A stretch of 64,000 nt of DNA from positions 97,976 to 161,975 of the forward strand of contig JBBQFN010000009.1 of the NCBI GenBank assembly GCA_038321985.1, given 5' to 3'. This document shows, piece by piece, positions 18,725 to 29,219 of the stretch. Every line of letters begins with the position of its first letter. Within the stretch, counting starts at the first letter, position 1. The stretch is from Cyanophyceae cyanobacterium. Lineage in GTDB: Bacteria; Cyanobacteriota; Cyanobacteriia; Cyanobacteriales; Laspinemataceae. The notes beneath the pieces are model-generated. The model ran no database searches, had not been told where the DNA came from, and saw only the letters and a list, made by a program, of their open reading frames with translations. The translations under genes were made by a program, and so were the position numbers.

Positions 18725-20665
18725 ATGACTCATCAACGGAAAAGGTGTAAACCCCCGTGGCATCGCACCCTACTTTTCACCTTATCCTTAATTTTTACTC
18801 TATTTTTCGGACGTGAGCCCGGGGGAGAAACTTGGGCCAAAGTTACCCCCTTATCCGGGGTCCTTGACCTAGAAAATGTCGATTCCTCCAGTCATCCTAC
18901 CAACCAAGCCTTATATGTAACCATGGGCGATGGCGTCAAAGTTGCCATTGATATCTGGTTGCCGAAACAATTAAACCCCAATGAAAAAATTCCCACCCTG
19001 ATGCGCATGGACCGCTACTGGCGATCGGTGGGAATTATGGGCTATTTCCCCGAATTTGACCCCAATTATCCCGAAGCACAACTCGCAAATAATGCCGGTT
19101 ATGCTTTAGTTTTAGTCGATGCTAGGGGGACAGGTTCCTCATTCGGAGCACAACTTTATCCTTGGTCACCGGATGAAATTAAAGACTATGGAGAAATTGT
19201 AGATTGGATTATTGCTCAACCGTGGTCTAATGGCAAAGTCGGCAGTTATGGTATCTCTTATGCCGGAAATGCTACGGAATTTTTAGGGAGATTAAATCAT
19301 CCGGCAGTTAAAGCGATCGCCCCTCGATTTAATGATTTTGACCCCTACAGTCAACTGGCCTTTCCCGGGGGTATTTTTAATGAATGGTTTGTGCAGCGGT
19401 GGAGTGAAAATAATAAGCGATTAGATGCCAACGATCGCAACTTTGTTTGCGTAATGGAACAACTCGAAGGGGCAATATGTGACGCCCTGAAAGTTGTAAT
19501 CACCGGGGCAAAACCCGTCGATGCAGACCGCGATGGGACGATGCAAGCTGAAGCAATCCGCGATCGCACCGCTAATTTAGATGTATATGAAGCCGCCCAA
19601 GAAATCACCTATCGGGACGATCGCTATGGCAAAACCGGCGTAACCATCCAGGACTTTAGCCCCTATCGCTTTCAGCACGAAATTTCCCGTTCTCAAGTGC
19701 CTTTATTTAGCATCGCCAGTTGGCTAGATGCCGGCACAGCCAATGGTGCACTCAGTCGGTTCCTTACCTATAGCAATCCCCAGAAAGTCGTGATTGGGGC
19801 GTGGAATCATGGCGGGACCGAGGATGCCAGCCCCTATCAACCGGCAGATCTGTCTCCAGACCCGCCTTTATACGAACAAATCGAAGAGTTGCTAGAATTT
19901 TTTGATACCTACCTCAAAGAAGATAGCGATCGCCCGCCCATTACCCGGGAAATCCGCTATTACACAATGGTAGAGGACCAATGGAAGACCACCCCAGTTT
20001 GGCCCCCCCAAGGCATTGTCTCCCAATCCTGGTATTTAGGCGAAAACAACAGCTTAACCCCAGTCGCACCCCGTAGCGAAGCCGGAACCGATAGATATGC
20101 CGTGAATTTCGAGGCGACTACCGGCACAAATAACCGCTGGCATACTAAAGCCGGGGGAAAAGATGTGATATATACAAGCCGGGCTGACGAAGACCAAAAA
20201 TTGCTAACTTATACTAGCTCACCGCTACCCGAAGCCGTCGAAATTACAGGACATCCCGTTATTACGATGTATATTAGCTCCAGCGCCCGAGATGGTGCCT
20301 TCTATGTTTATCTCGAAGATATCAATGAACAGGGAGAAGTTTTATACATTACCGAAGGACAATTGCGATCGCTGCATCGGCAAATTTCTCCAGAACAACC
20401 CCCTTATGCTATCTTTGGACCCTATCATTCCTTTGAACGGCAAGATGGCAAAGAACCCGAACCCGGGGAAGTGATGGAACTCTCCTTTGACTTATTACCC
20501 ACCTCCGTTTTGATCCAGAAGGGACATCGACTGCGGGTGGCGATCGCCGGTCACGATGCCGACACCTTTGCCCGGTATCCGGCGCAAGGACCCGCCACCC
20601 TAACCCTGCATCGCAACCTGATATATCCCTCCCATATCGACTTACCCATCATGACCCCAAAATAA
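18725..20665 (+). CDS. CocE/NonD family hydrolase (peptidase S15-like)
   Basis: VDARGTGSS, QPWSNGKVGSYGISY (GxSY nucleophile), IGAWNH, C-terminal GHRLRVAI domain; N-terminal signal/TM. Confidence 0.92.
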   Translation: MTHQRKRCKPPWHRTLLFTLSLIFTLFFGREPGGETWAKVTPLSGVLDLENVDSSSHPTNQALYVTMGDGVKVAIDIWLPKQLNPNEKIPTLMRMDRYWRSVGIMGYFPEFDPNYPEAQLANNAGYALVLVDARGTGSSFGAQLYPWSPDEIKDYGEIVDWIIAQPWSNGKVGSYGISYAGNATEFLGRLNHPAVKAIAPRFNDFDPYSQLAFPGGIFNEWFVQRWSENNKRLDANDRNFVCVMEQLEGAICDALKVVITGAKPVDADRDGTMQAEAIRDRTANLDVYEAAQEITYRDDRYGKTGVTIQDFSPYRFQHEISRSQVPLFSIASWLDAGTANGALSRFLTYSNPQKVVIGAWNHGGTEDASPYQPADLSPDPPLYEQIEELLEFFDTYLKEDSDRPPITREIRYYTMVEDQWKTTPVWPPQGIVSQSWYLGENNSLTPVAPRSEAGTDRYAVNFEATTGTNNRWHTKAGGKDVIYTSRADEDQKLLTYTSSPLPEAVEITGHPVITMYISSSARDGAFYVYLEDINEQGEVLYITEGQLRSLHRQISPEQPPYAIFGPYHSFERQDGKEPEPGEVMELSFDLLPTSVLIQKGHRLRVAIAGHDADTFARYPAQGPATLTLHRNLIYPSHIDLPIMTPK

Positions 20666-20926
20666 AAGCGCGATTATAATCGCGCCTTTACTGCCCTATA
20701 GATAGTTTCCAACCGATCTCCTCAATTGTCTCTCACCTGTCCAGTTGCGGGTAAAACTTACCCTTCTTATGGATCCAACTCACACTTTCTGGATCTTTGT
20801 CCTGAGTCCAATTGCAGAAATTGGGCTTAGTTTTTTGGCGGGAGATGCTAGAAGGGTTGATCCCAAAGCGTCTGGCTAATTGCAGTTGCGTCAGGGGTGG
20901 GAGTGCCTGACTGGTGGGAATACCAG

Positions 20927-21154
20927 TCAGGCGACTGATTCCCCCAAGGATGCCTCCAGCTTGGCAATCCGAGTTTCCATGACTACCAGCCGCTGATCGA
21001 GAGCAGCTTTTGGTGCTAAAGGCATATAGCCGACATACTCAGAAATCGCTGAAAGTGCGAGGTCCTCTAGGCTAATGCCCTCCGATTTTGCCTTGGTACT
21101 CATGACATTAATCAAGCTCTTTGAGAGATTTAGATTAAACTGCTGTTTGGGCAT
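20927..21154 (-). CDS. Small ribbon-helix-helix-like DNA-binding protein with a coiled-coil tail
   Basis: QFNLNL strand + AKSEGISLEDLALSAISEY helices + RLVVMETRIAKLE. Confidence 0.65.
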   Translation of the reverse strand: MPKQQFNLNLSKSLINVMSTKAKSEGISLEDLALSAISEYVGYMPLAPKAALDQRLVVMETRIAKLEASLGESVA

Positions 21155-21599
21155 TGCTGTGTCGATATTTAATTTTTCACAGGTTTCCTTATCTATAGCT
21201 CATCTTGGCTCGTCTGCTTGTGATATCCCATACTTTTTAGGGTTTTTAGTGAAAAAATTTTTCATCGGTCATTGTCCTTGATCGCCGCTAGTTCAGGGGG
21301 GTTTAAAGCAAAACCATCGCAGCAATCGGCGCAGTCGGCGCGGAGGCGATCGCACATCTTCCTCCAGGTTGTCAGTACAGGATAACAACCTGGCGATCGT
21401 CTCCGTTCCCCCAATACCAACCGCATCTTCACCTAGAAACTAAAAGGGCGATCGTAAAGGGTCGCAGCAGAGATTCAAAAAGATAGCAAGACCCAGAAAT
21501 CCTCCGCATTCCTTGAACAAGGGAAGATAAAAACCCTCCCCTCAGCCGACCTTTTCAACCTTCTCCTTCAGACCTCCATTTATCCTTAGACCCCCAAAA

Positions 21600-23381
21600 T
21601 CAACCCATCAAAACCGTATCCGCTTGGGACATAGCACCAGAGTAGACCAGCCCCCGCTCAATATCCATCGTTAAAATTGCCCCTTCGCGAATCAATGTAG
21701 TGGCATTCTTGACCCCGACAATCACCGGCACTCCCAAGCGTAATCCGATCACGGCGGCGTGAGAGGTCAAACTATCATCCTCGGTCACAATTCCAGACGC
21801 TTTGCGAATCGCATCAATATAATCGGCATTAGTGCGCGGTACCACCAAAATTTCCCCCGGGCCAAAGTTGCCCACATCTAGGGCCGTCTGTGCCACCCGG
21901 GCCCGACCGCTAACGGAACCCTGACCCAGACCGATTCCCTGACCCAGAACTGCCGTCACCACTTCCACCTTAACCAGGTCTGTAGAGCCCGAAACCCCTT
22001 GGAGAGTACCGGCAGTCATGACCACCAAATCCCCCTCTTGCAGCAGGTCTTTTTCCAGGGCAACATTAATCGCCGCTTGGAACGTTTGTCCCGTGGAGGG
22101 TAAATCTAAAACTAACAAGGGTTTAACCCCCCAAACCAATTGCAACTGTCGGGCCACATCCACATGAGGCGTTACCGCCAGAATCGGCGTTTGGGGCCGA
22201 AACTTAGAGACATTGCGGGCGGTTGCCCCGGATTTGGTCAGGGTCATAATGGCCCCCGCCTCCAGTTGTTGGGCAATTTTTACCACCGCTTGACTAATGG
22301 CATTGGGAATTGACCGACTGCGATCGTAAGTAGAACCCTGGCCAATCGTCTGGTCATGTTCGATGCGACAGGCAATTCGGGCCATCGTTGCCACCGCCTC
22401 GATCGGGTATTTGCCAACCGCCGTTTCATTGGAAAGCATCACCGCATCGGTGCCATCGAGGATGGCGTTTGCGACGTCAGAAATCTCCGCGCGAGTGGCA
22501 CGGGGACTGTGCACCATGCTGTCCAGCATTTGGGTCGCTGTAATGACTGGAATGCCTAAACGGTTGCAGGTAGCAATCAGCCGTTTTTGAACAATCGGGA
22601 CTTCCTCAGCGGGAATTTCTACGCCCAGGTCCCCCCGCGCTACCATGATGCCATCGCATAGGGGGAGGATGGCTTCCATTTGTTCCACCGCTTCATGCTT
22701 TTCAATTTTGGCAATCACAGGCACGTTCTTGCCGTTGGCGGAAATCAGTTCTTTGATTTCAAGAATGTCTTGGGGGTTACGAACAAAACTTAGGGCTACC
22801 CAATCAACCCCTTGATCGAGACCAAAGAGCAAGTCTTCCCGGTCTTTTTCCGTCAGGGCTTTAATGGAAAGGTAGACCCCGGGGAAATTGACGCCCTTGT
22901 TGTTAGAGAGGGTGCCGCCCACCACCGTGCGACAGTGGAGTTGCCGGGTCACCCGGTCCACTTTCTCGACGCGCATTTCCACTCGACCATCGTCGATGAG
23001 GATCGTTGCCCCTTCGGGAATTTCATCCGCTAGGGGGGGATAGGTAACGCAGCCGATGTTTTGGTTACAGGACAGAAATTCACTGGTCAAAATGAAGGGA
23101 TCGCCTTTTTGTAGGTAAACCGAACCCTCCTCAAACTGACCGAGGCGAATTTTAGGACCCTGAAGGTCTTGTAAAATTCCCACCGGCTGATTGAGTTCAA
23201 ATGAGGTCTGCCGGATTAAGCGAATGCTCCTCTGATGATCTTCGTGAGTCCCGTGGGAGAAATTGAGTCGCAGGGTTGTTGCACCGGCTTCAATCAGTTC
23301 TCGGAGAATTTCGGGCTGACTGGTAGCAGGGCCAATCGTGGCTACAACTTTGGTTCGACGCAGAAAGTTTCGCAATTGCAT
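21600..23381 (-). CDS. pyk: Pyruvate kinase with C-terminal PEP-utilizer domain
   Basis: RTKVVATIGPA, RLNFSHG, DLQGPKIR, IMVARGDLGVE, ATQMLDSM, TSHAAV. Confidence 0.98.
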   Translation of the reverse strand: MQLRNFLRRTKVVATIGPATSQPEILRELIEAGATTLRLNFSHGTHEDHQRSIRLIRQTSFELNQPVGILQDLQGPKIRLGQFEEGSVYLQKGDPFILTSEFLSCNQNIGCVTYPPLADEIPEGATILIDDGRVEMRVEKVDRVTRQLHCRTVVGGTLSNNKGVNFPGVYLSIKALTEKDREDLLFGLDQGVDWVALSFVRNPQDILEIKELISANGKNVPVIAKIEKHEAVEQMEAILPLCDGIMVARGDLGVEIPAEEVPIVQKRLIATCNRLGIPVITATQMLDSMVHSPRATRAEISDVANAILDGTDAVMLSNETAVGKYPIEAVATMARIACRIEHDQTIGQGSTYDRSRSIPNAISQAVVKIAQQLEAGAIMTLTKSGATARNVSKFRPQTPILAVTPHVDVARQLQLVWGVKPLLVLDLPSTGQTFQAAINVALEKDLLQEGDLVVMTAGTLQGVSGSTDLVKVEVVTAVLGQGIGLGQGSVSGRARVAQTALDVGNFGPGEILVVPRTNADYIDAIRKASGIVTEDDSLTSHAAVIGLRLGVPVIVGVKNATTLIREGAILTMDIERGLVYSGAMSQADTVLMG

Positions 23382-23689
23382 GAACGGAAAAAGGGGGGGT
23401 AGAAGTACGTCCCTAGCTGATGAGGGTAGTGTTTCATCAAAAAATTAGCTGCTAAAGACACCTACTATAATCCTCGAAAAAGTGGTAGAGATGAAAGCAG
23501 TTCCCTTTGTTGAGTACCTTTTTGGTTGTATCCTCGGGAGAGTTTCAGCTAATTTACCATTGAGTCCCCTAGCTATAAATAATATTTATAGAGATCCCCA
23601 GGATTAGACGCAGGGATTCACAAAACTTTATATTTAAGAATGCTGATCATACATTTTTTGAGGATGTGTTGAAAGGAGTTACGACGACA

Positions 23690-24595
23690 ATGCCAGAGGC
23701 GATGCCGCCCCGAACTGTTCCGAAAGAGTTACTGGGGCCTCCCGGCGACTTCAATCCGACCCTGCTGATGTTTTTTGGTGCACTGGCCTTGATAGTGCTC
23801 TCGACCTTGGGATACTGGCAGCTAAACTGGCCCGAATGGTGCTGCTTTTGCACTACCGTCATAGCCCTGCATATCGCCGGGACGGTTATCCACGATGCTT
23901 CCCATAACGTGGCCCACCGCGATCGCGTCATGAATGCCATCTTAGGTCATGGCAGCGCCTTGATGCTGGGATTTGCTTTCCCCGTGTTTACTCGGGTTCA
24001 TATGCAGCATCACGCCAATGTCAATGACCCGCATAACGACCCGGATCACTTTGTTTCCACCGGCGGCCCCTTATGGCTGATTGCTGCTCGCTTTTTTTAT
24101 CACGAGGTTTTTTTCTTTAAACGGCGACTGTGGCGCAAATATGAACTCCTAGAATGGTTCTTAAGCCGAATGTTTGTCGGGACGATAGTCTATGTGGCTT
24201 GCCAGTATGACTGTTTGGGCTATATTCTCAATTTTTGGTTTTGTCCCGCTTTAGTGGTGGGTTTGGCCCTGGGATTATTTTTTGACTATCTGCCCCACCG
24301 ACCCTTTAAAGACCGCGATCGCTGGAAAAATGCCCGGATTTATGCCAGTCCCATTCTCAATATCCTGATTTTGGGGCAGAATTACCACCTGATTCACCAT
24401 CTATGGCCCTCTATCCCTTGGTATCATTACCAGCGAGCTTATCGGGAGACGCGACCCCTTTTAGAAGCGAAAGGTTCGCCCCTGTGTCTGGGAATCTTCC
24501 AAGGAAAAGATTTTTGGAGTTTCCTTTACGACGTCGTTCTCGGGATTCGCTTTCATCACCGTCAACGGGGCGATCGCAAACTGGAAAAAGTTTAA
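23690..24595 (+). CDS. crtR: Beta-carotene hydroxylase
   Basis: TVPKE..PPG.FNP N-terminus; His boxes HDASH, HMQHH, HLIHH; AAGGAG before ATG 23690. Confidence 0.95.
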   Translation: MPEAMPPRTVPKELLGPPGDFNPTLLMFFGALALIVLSTLGYWQLNWPEWCCFCTTVIALHIAGTVIHDASHNVAHRDRVMNAILGHGSALMLGFAFPVFTRVHMQHHANVNDPHNDPDHFVSTGGPLWLIAARFFYHEVFFFKRRLWRKYELLEWFLSRMFVGTIVYVACQYDCLGYILNFWFCPALVVGLALGLFFDYLPHRPFKDRDRWKNARIYASPILNILILGQNYHLIHHLWPSIPWYHYQRAYRETRPLLEAKGSPLCLGIFQGKDFWSFLYDVVLGIRFHHRQRGDRKLEKV

Positions 24596-24750
24596 ACCCA
24601 CCACACCTCATATCCCCCCGGATCACCCACGAGAGGGAAACTAGGAACAGGAAATAAATCAGGTAGGGGCGGTTGTAGGCTCCTACCTTAGCCTTTCCGG
24701 GGCGGCTGGCTTCTCCTCTGGGATACGCCCTAGGGTTCACACTCTCTCCT

Positions 24751-25140
24751 TCACCACTCTCCAACGGAGCTAAAACTCAAGTCCGGCCTAAGATTTTTAG
24801 CATGACGCAGATAGGGATGATAAATTTCTCCGTGGGTTGCCGCAACGTTGACATGAATCAAAAATCGAATGCAACGCTCTAAATCTCCCTGAACGTGCAT
24901 ATGCTGCACATCTAACAAGGGCACATTTTCCCAGTGAGGTCGTTGACGAGCGATCGCCGCCGGGAAAATTGCATCCAAATCCCGCGTTACTGAAAAAGTC
25001 GCACTAATAATTAACTCTGGATCCAGCTTATTTCGGACTTCTAATTCCTCCAGCAGTTCATTCACCGCTTCTCGAATCGCCTCTATCGAATTGTCCGAGG
25101 CAGTAATTGCTCCCCGAATTGCCTTAACTGTCCACTCCAC
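24751..25140 (-). CDS. aroH: Chorismate mutase, AroH class
   Basis: AIRGA, FSVTRDLDAIFPA, RCIR, YLRHAKNLRPD. Confidence 0.95.
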   Translation of the reverse strand: MEWTVKAIRGAITASDNSIEAIREAVNELLEELEVRNKLDPELIISATFSVTRDLDAIFPAAIARQRPHWENVPLLDVQHMHVQGDLERCIRFLIHVNVAATHGEIYHPYLRHAKNLRPDLSFSSVGEW

Positions 25141-25356
25141 GCCAAAAATCCTCCTTTTTTAGTTTGGGTTGTTTGTCGGTCGTTTGTCATCTCAAATCCG
25201 GTCTTAAAAAGTCCGTTTTCTCTTCACAAAAGCACAGGGGGCTTTTGCCCCTGTAGCCGCACTCGAGTACCTGTAGGTTTTTTCAGACCGATGAAAGCCC
25301 GATGAAGTCTCCTTTGTCTACTCTGTAAGGTCAAAAAACGTCAGCCATAAGACCCC

Positions 25357-26172
25357 TTAGGGCCTATATAACCAAAGGGGCTGGCCTGGATGAGAGAGCT
25401 CAAATTCAAACCAATCTATCCCTGCTAAGACACCCGTGGAACCCAGGGTGCTTCCCAACAAGCGATTTAAGAGGGGTTTGCGGTCCTCCAAGGTGTAACA
25501 CTCTGTTTTTTTGGGGTCAAGACCCGCCAGTTCTGCCGCCCAGATTCGGGCGTCTTCCTCGGTCCCTAATCGGTCTACGACTCCCAATTCCACCGCTTGT
25601 TCTCCAGTAAAAATACGCCCGTCAGCAAAACTCTTCACCTGATCTACGCTCAGGTTGCGTTCCTCAGCAATGGTTCGGACAAACTGGAGATAACTGATAT
25701 CGATCATCTGTTGGAGTATTTCTTGCTCCGGTTGCGTCAGTTCCCGGTCAAAACTCAAAATGTCTTTGTAAGGTCCGGATTTAATCACTTGGAAAGACAC
25801 GCCTACTTTTTCGAGCAGTCGTTCTAAGTTATTCCCCCGGAGAATGACCCCGATGCTCCCTGTAATGGTACCTGGATTCGCGACGATATAGGGAGCACCC
25901 ATCCCGATGTAAACCCCCCCAGATGCGGAAATATTCCCGAAACTAGCGACAATTTTAACGGTTTGGCTCAGTCGCTTCAGGGCGCTGTAAATTTCTTGGG
26001 AATCCCCGACGGTCCCCCCGGGGCTATCAATTCGTAACAGTAAGGCTGGAAATTTTCTCTCCTCTATGGTTTTGAGGGCGGCTAGCACACTTTTGCGGGT
26101 TGTCCCGTTAATGGCACCGTTAATTTCAATACGAGCAATTTTTTTCCGAAATTTCCGAAAAGGCCAAATCAT
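25357..26172 (-). CDS. sppA: Signal peptide peptidase SppA (36K type)
   Basis: IDSPGG, ASGGVY, TGSIGV, KSGPYKD, DGRIFTG. Confidence 0.95.
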   Translation of the reverse strand: MIWPFRKFRKKIARIEINGAINGTTRKSVLAALKTIEERKFPALLLRIDSPGGTVGDSQEIYSALKRLSQTVKIVASFGNISASGGVYIGMGAPYIVANPGTITGSIGVILRGNNLERLLEKVGVSFQVIKSGPYKDILSFDRELTQPEQEILQQMIDISYLQFVRTIAEERNLSVDQVKSFADGRIFTGEQAVELGVVDRLGTEEDARIWAAELAGLDPKKTECYTLEDRKPLLNRLLGSTLGSTGVLAGIDWFEFELSHPGQPLWLYRP

Positions 26173-26523
26173 AGTTAATTAGCACGAAGCAATATAAATC
26201 AGGTGAGCGGGAAAATGAAGTGCCAAACAAAGCGATTCCGGGCAGAATCAGGATTCCTGCTTCAAGTCAGGGTTCGAGGTCGTCTTGGCACTTCTTTTAT
26301 ATAGTTTGCCCTATCTGTGAGTTCCCTATTTAAGATTGACATGGGGCGCGATTTGTGCATAATGTCTCCCCAGACTTGCTGATCCTTGGTACTCTAACCG
26401 GGGTTCAGTTTTGTTACAAAATTGAAACAAAACTACATAATTTGCTACAATCATTTCATAAATCTAATTTTTGCACCCGCTCGTTCTATCGGTGCGGAAA
26501 CAACGGTATCCAAATAAAATCTT

Positions 26524-27633
26524 ATGCAACTCAAATTAACCGAATCTAAATTTTCATTCACGCCCCTATTAATGATTGCTCCATTTTTCCTGTGGGGTAC
26601 GGCGATGGTGGCAATGAAAGGAACCCTCACAAGTACGACGCCCCTATTTATGGCGGGGGTGCGGTTGGTCCCGGCAGGACTGTTACTGTTGGGGGTGGCG
26701 GCGATCGCGGGACGTCCTCAACCTCGGAGTTGGCAAGCATGGCTATGGATTACGCTCTTTGCCGCCGTAGATGGGTCTCTTTTTCAAGGGTTTTTAGCCG
26801 AAGGATTACTCAAAACTGGAGCGGGTTTGGGTTCGGTAATGATCGACTCCCAACCCCTAGCGGTGGCACTTCTGAGCGCGTGGCTGTTTGGGGAAATTAT
26901 CGGCGGATGGGGTTTCCTGGGCTTGGGACTGGGGATTCTGGGTATCAGTCTGATTGGGCTACCGGATCAATGGATTTGGAGCTTGTTCAACGGTTCATTC
27001 ACGGCGGCTCCCCTAAATCTGGCAGGATTATTTCAGAGCGGAGAATGGTTAATGTTGTTGGCTGCGCTGTCAATGGCCGTGGGTACAGTGCTGGTAAGAT
27101 TTGTATGCCGATATGTTGACCCAGTTGTAGCAACAGGATGGCACATGATTATCGGCGGCGTGCCATTGTGGATGCTGTCGGGACTGACGGAATCGGAGCA
27201 ATGGGTGAATTTAGACCTGAGTGGGTGGATGGCATTGGCTTACTCTGCGGTATTTGGCGGGGCGATCTCCTATGGTCTATTTTTCTACTTTGCTTCAACA
27301 GGTAACCTCACCAGTCTGAGTTCCCTAACATTTATGACCCCAGTCTTTGCCATTCTATTCGGGAATCTGTTTTTGTCAGAAACGCTCTCTGGGTTACAGT
27401 GGAGTGGTGTTATCCTCACTCTGGTCAGCATTTACCTGATTAATCAACGCGAACAACTCCCCGCCGGTGCGATCGCGACCCTTGTGCAGAAACTCAGGAA
27501 ATCCAGTGCATCTACTAGCTGCATCCCCGGTGGCGAGAATCCCATCCCGGAATCGATGCCAATCTTGCAAGTATCGGAACGTCAAGCGGTTGAGGTCCCC
27601 GTTCAACTTCGAGTTTCAGATTCAGAGGGTTAA
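26524..27633 (+). CDS. DMT/EamA family transporter
   Basis: FLWGTA, two EamA-like halves of about 5 TM each, PVFAILFG.LFL.E. Confidence 0.92.
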   Translation: MQLKLTESKFSFTPLLMIAPFFLWGTAMVAMKGTLTSTTPLFMAGVRLVPAGLLLLGVAAIAGRPQPRSWQAWLWITLFAAVDGSLFQGFLAEGLLKTGAGLGSVMIDSQPLAVALLSAWLFGEIIGGWGFLGLGLGILGISLIGLPDQWIWSLFNGSFTAAPLNLAGLFQSGEWLMLLAALSMAVGTVLVRFVCRYVDPVVATGWHMIIGGVPLWMLSGLTESEQWVNLDLSGWMALAYSAVFGGAISYGLFFYFASTGNLTSLSSLTFMTPVFAILFGNLFLSETLSGLQWSGVILTLVSIYLINQREQLPAGAIATLVQKLRKSSASTSCIPGGENPIPESMPILQVSERQAVEVPVQLRVSDSEG

Positions 27634-27763
27634 GTCACCCGAGGCTGGCTAATTTTAACTGAATCTGGGGATCGGAAGATTGTGATCGTGAGGCTGTGCT
27701 ATGAAGGGCATTGTAATCCTCAGAGCATCGCGTTGAGAACGGAAAGCAAGCTAGCTTAGTATC

Positions 27764-28993
27764 ATGCTTTCTTTGGATAACGCCGGTTGGATCTGTACCC
27801 ATATTATGATCGCCTACCATCCCGCTTTATTACTTATTACAACTTTGACTGGCCTGGGAGTTCTTTCCAGTGCGGGAGGTAGGGGTTTGATCAATCAAAC
27901 CTATGCCACCGTTTCCCCTGAAACTCTGTCGGTGCGCGCAGATCCACAGTCTCTGGTAGCCGGTGATCTGCCCTGGGGTCTCGTTGGCGATCGCGCTAAT
28001 GCTTTCCCGACCCCGGACCCCTCCGGGCTTCCATCCCCAAATCCGGATTCCCCTGTTTTGGCAACCCAGGACTCCCTGGAACTGGCCCAGAATCAACCGA
28101 AACCCCCCACCCCAGACGCCCCCCGGCCCAAAAATCGTTTTGCCCGCAAAGACCTAATTTGGCTGTTATTCCTCGGTTTAGGGACTCTTGCCTTTGCCGG
28201 AATTTTTGCGGGGGCCTTTTATTTGCTCACCCGTCCCAGTGATCCAGGGGACGACGCTGATTCGGAGGAAATCCCCGAAACCCCTGGGGCTTTCAAGGAC
28301 CCACCCGATCAGTTCTCCGTCAGCGATCCCAAACCCGAGTTAGAACTACCGGTATCAAACGGGAGTGATTTGCCTGGTAATCCTCCAGTCCCACTCCATC
28401 CCCACAATGGCTACAACGAGGCAGCGATTGAACCCGCCCAAAAGTTACCGCCATCGGCAGCCACTCCCCCGCCTTCCTCGGAAGGGTTAGTCCCGAGACA
28501 ACCCCCTCAGCTTGCCAAAATTGATGGAATCGAAACCTTAATCGAAGAATTACAAAGTAGGATGCCGACTCAACGACGCAAAGCGATTTGGGAACTCGGC
28601 CTAAAGGGGGATTCGCGGGCGGTGCAACCCTTGGTCAATTTATTGATGGACTCGGATTCTAAGCAGCGCAGTTTAATTCTGGCATCCCTTGCAGAAATCG
28701 GAAACCGGACATTCCAACCGATGAATCGCGCTTTAGTCCTTTCCCTGCAAGATAGCAATCCAGAAGTGCGTAAAAATGCCATCCGGGATTTAACCCGCAT
28801 TTATGAGTTGGTTTCCCAAAGCAGTCAACTGCTGCGTCACGCTTCTGAAGATTCCGATCCCGAGGTCCGGGAAGCGGCACAATGGGCATTGTCCCAATTA
28901 AATCGCATTCGTCCGGGTTCTAATTCTGAATCGCGTTCTTCGTTACAAAACTGGTCGCCTCCCAGCGAAACTTATCCTGAAGATATTCCCTAG
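27764..28993 (+). CDS. Membrane-anchored Pro-rich HEAT-repeat protein
   Basis: TM segment, Pro-rich linker, C-terminal HEAT repeats (LQDSNPEVRKNA, DSDPEVREAA); start uncertain. Confidence 0.85.
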   Translation: MLSLDNAGWICTHIMIAYHPALLLITTLTGLGVLSSAGGRGLINQTYATVSPETLSVRADPQSLVAGDLPWGLVGDRANAFPTPDPSGLPSPNPDSPVLATQDSLELAQNQPKPPTPDAPRPKNRFARKDLIWLLFLGLGTLAFAGIFAGAFYLLTRPSDPGDDADSEEIPETPGAFKDPPDQFSVSDPKPELELPVSNGSDLPGNPPVPLHPHNGYNEAAIEPAQKLPPSAATPPPSSEGLVPRQPPQLAKIDGIETLIEELQSRMPTQRRKAIWELGLKGDSRAVQPLVNLLMDSDSKQRSLILASLAEIGNRTFQPMNRALVLSLQDSNPEVRKNAIRDLTRIYELVSQSSQLLRHASEDSDPEVREAAQWALSQLNRIRPGSNSESRSSLQNWSPPSETYPEDIP

Positions 28994-29219
28994 TTTGCAT
29001 CAAAACTTGGCTCGTTTTATGTAGACTACATAGCTAAATTTTTAAAGAATATTATGAGGGTTTAATTCAGGTTTTGTTAATGAAAGCGCTCTGGTTTGTA
29101 AAATTTTCACGGCGGGTTTTTCATGTTTTAAGGGTTTAAATTTATACCGTCTTTGGAAGTTGGATAGGAAGAGGATAAAACAAATTAGGGCTAGAAAAGT
29201 TATCAAAAAATAAGGGAGT

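Noticed and set aside
23618..23636. HLR1-like box upstream of crtR (similar ones near 26413 and 40205)
   Set aside because: Two or more mismatches in AT-rich DNA; plausible but not supportable
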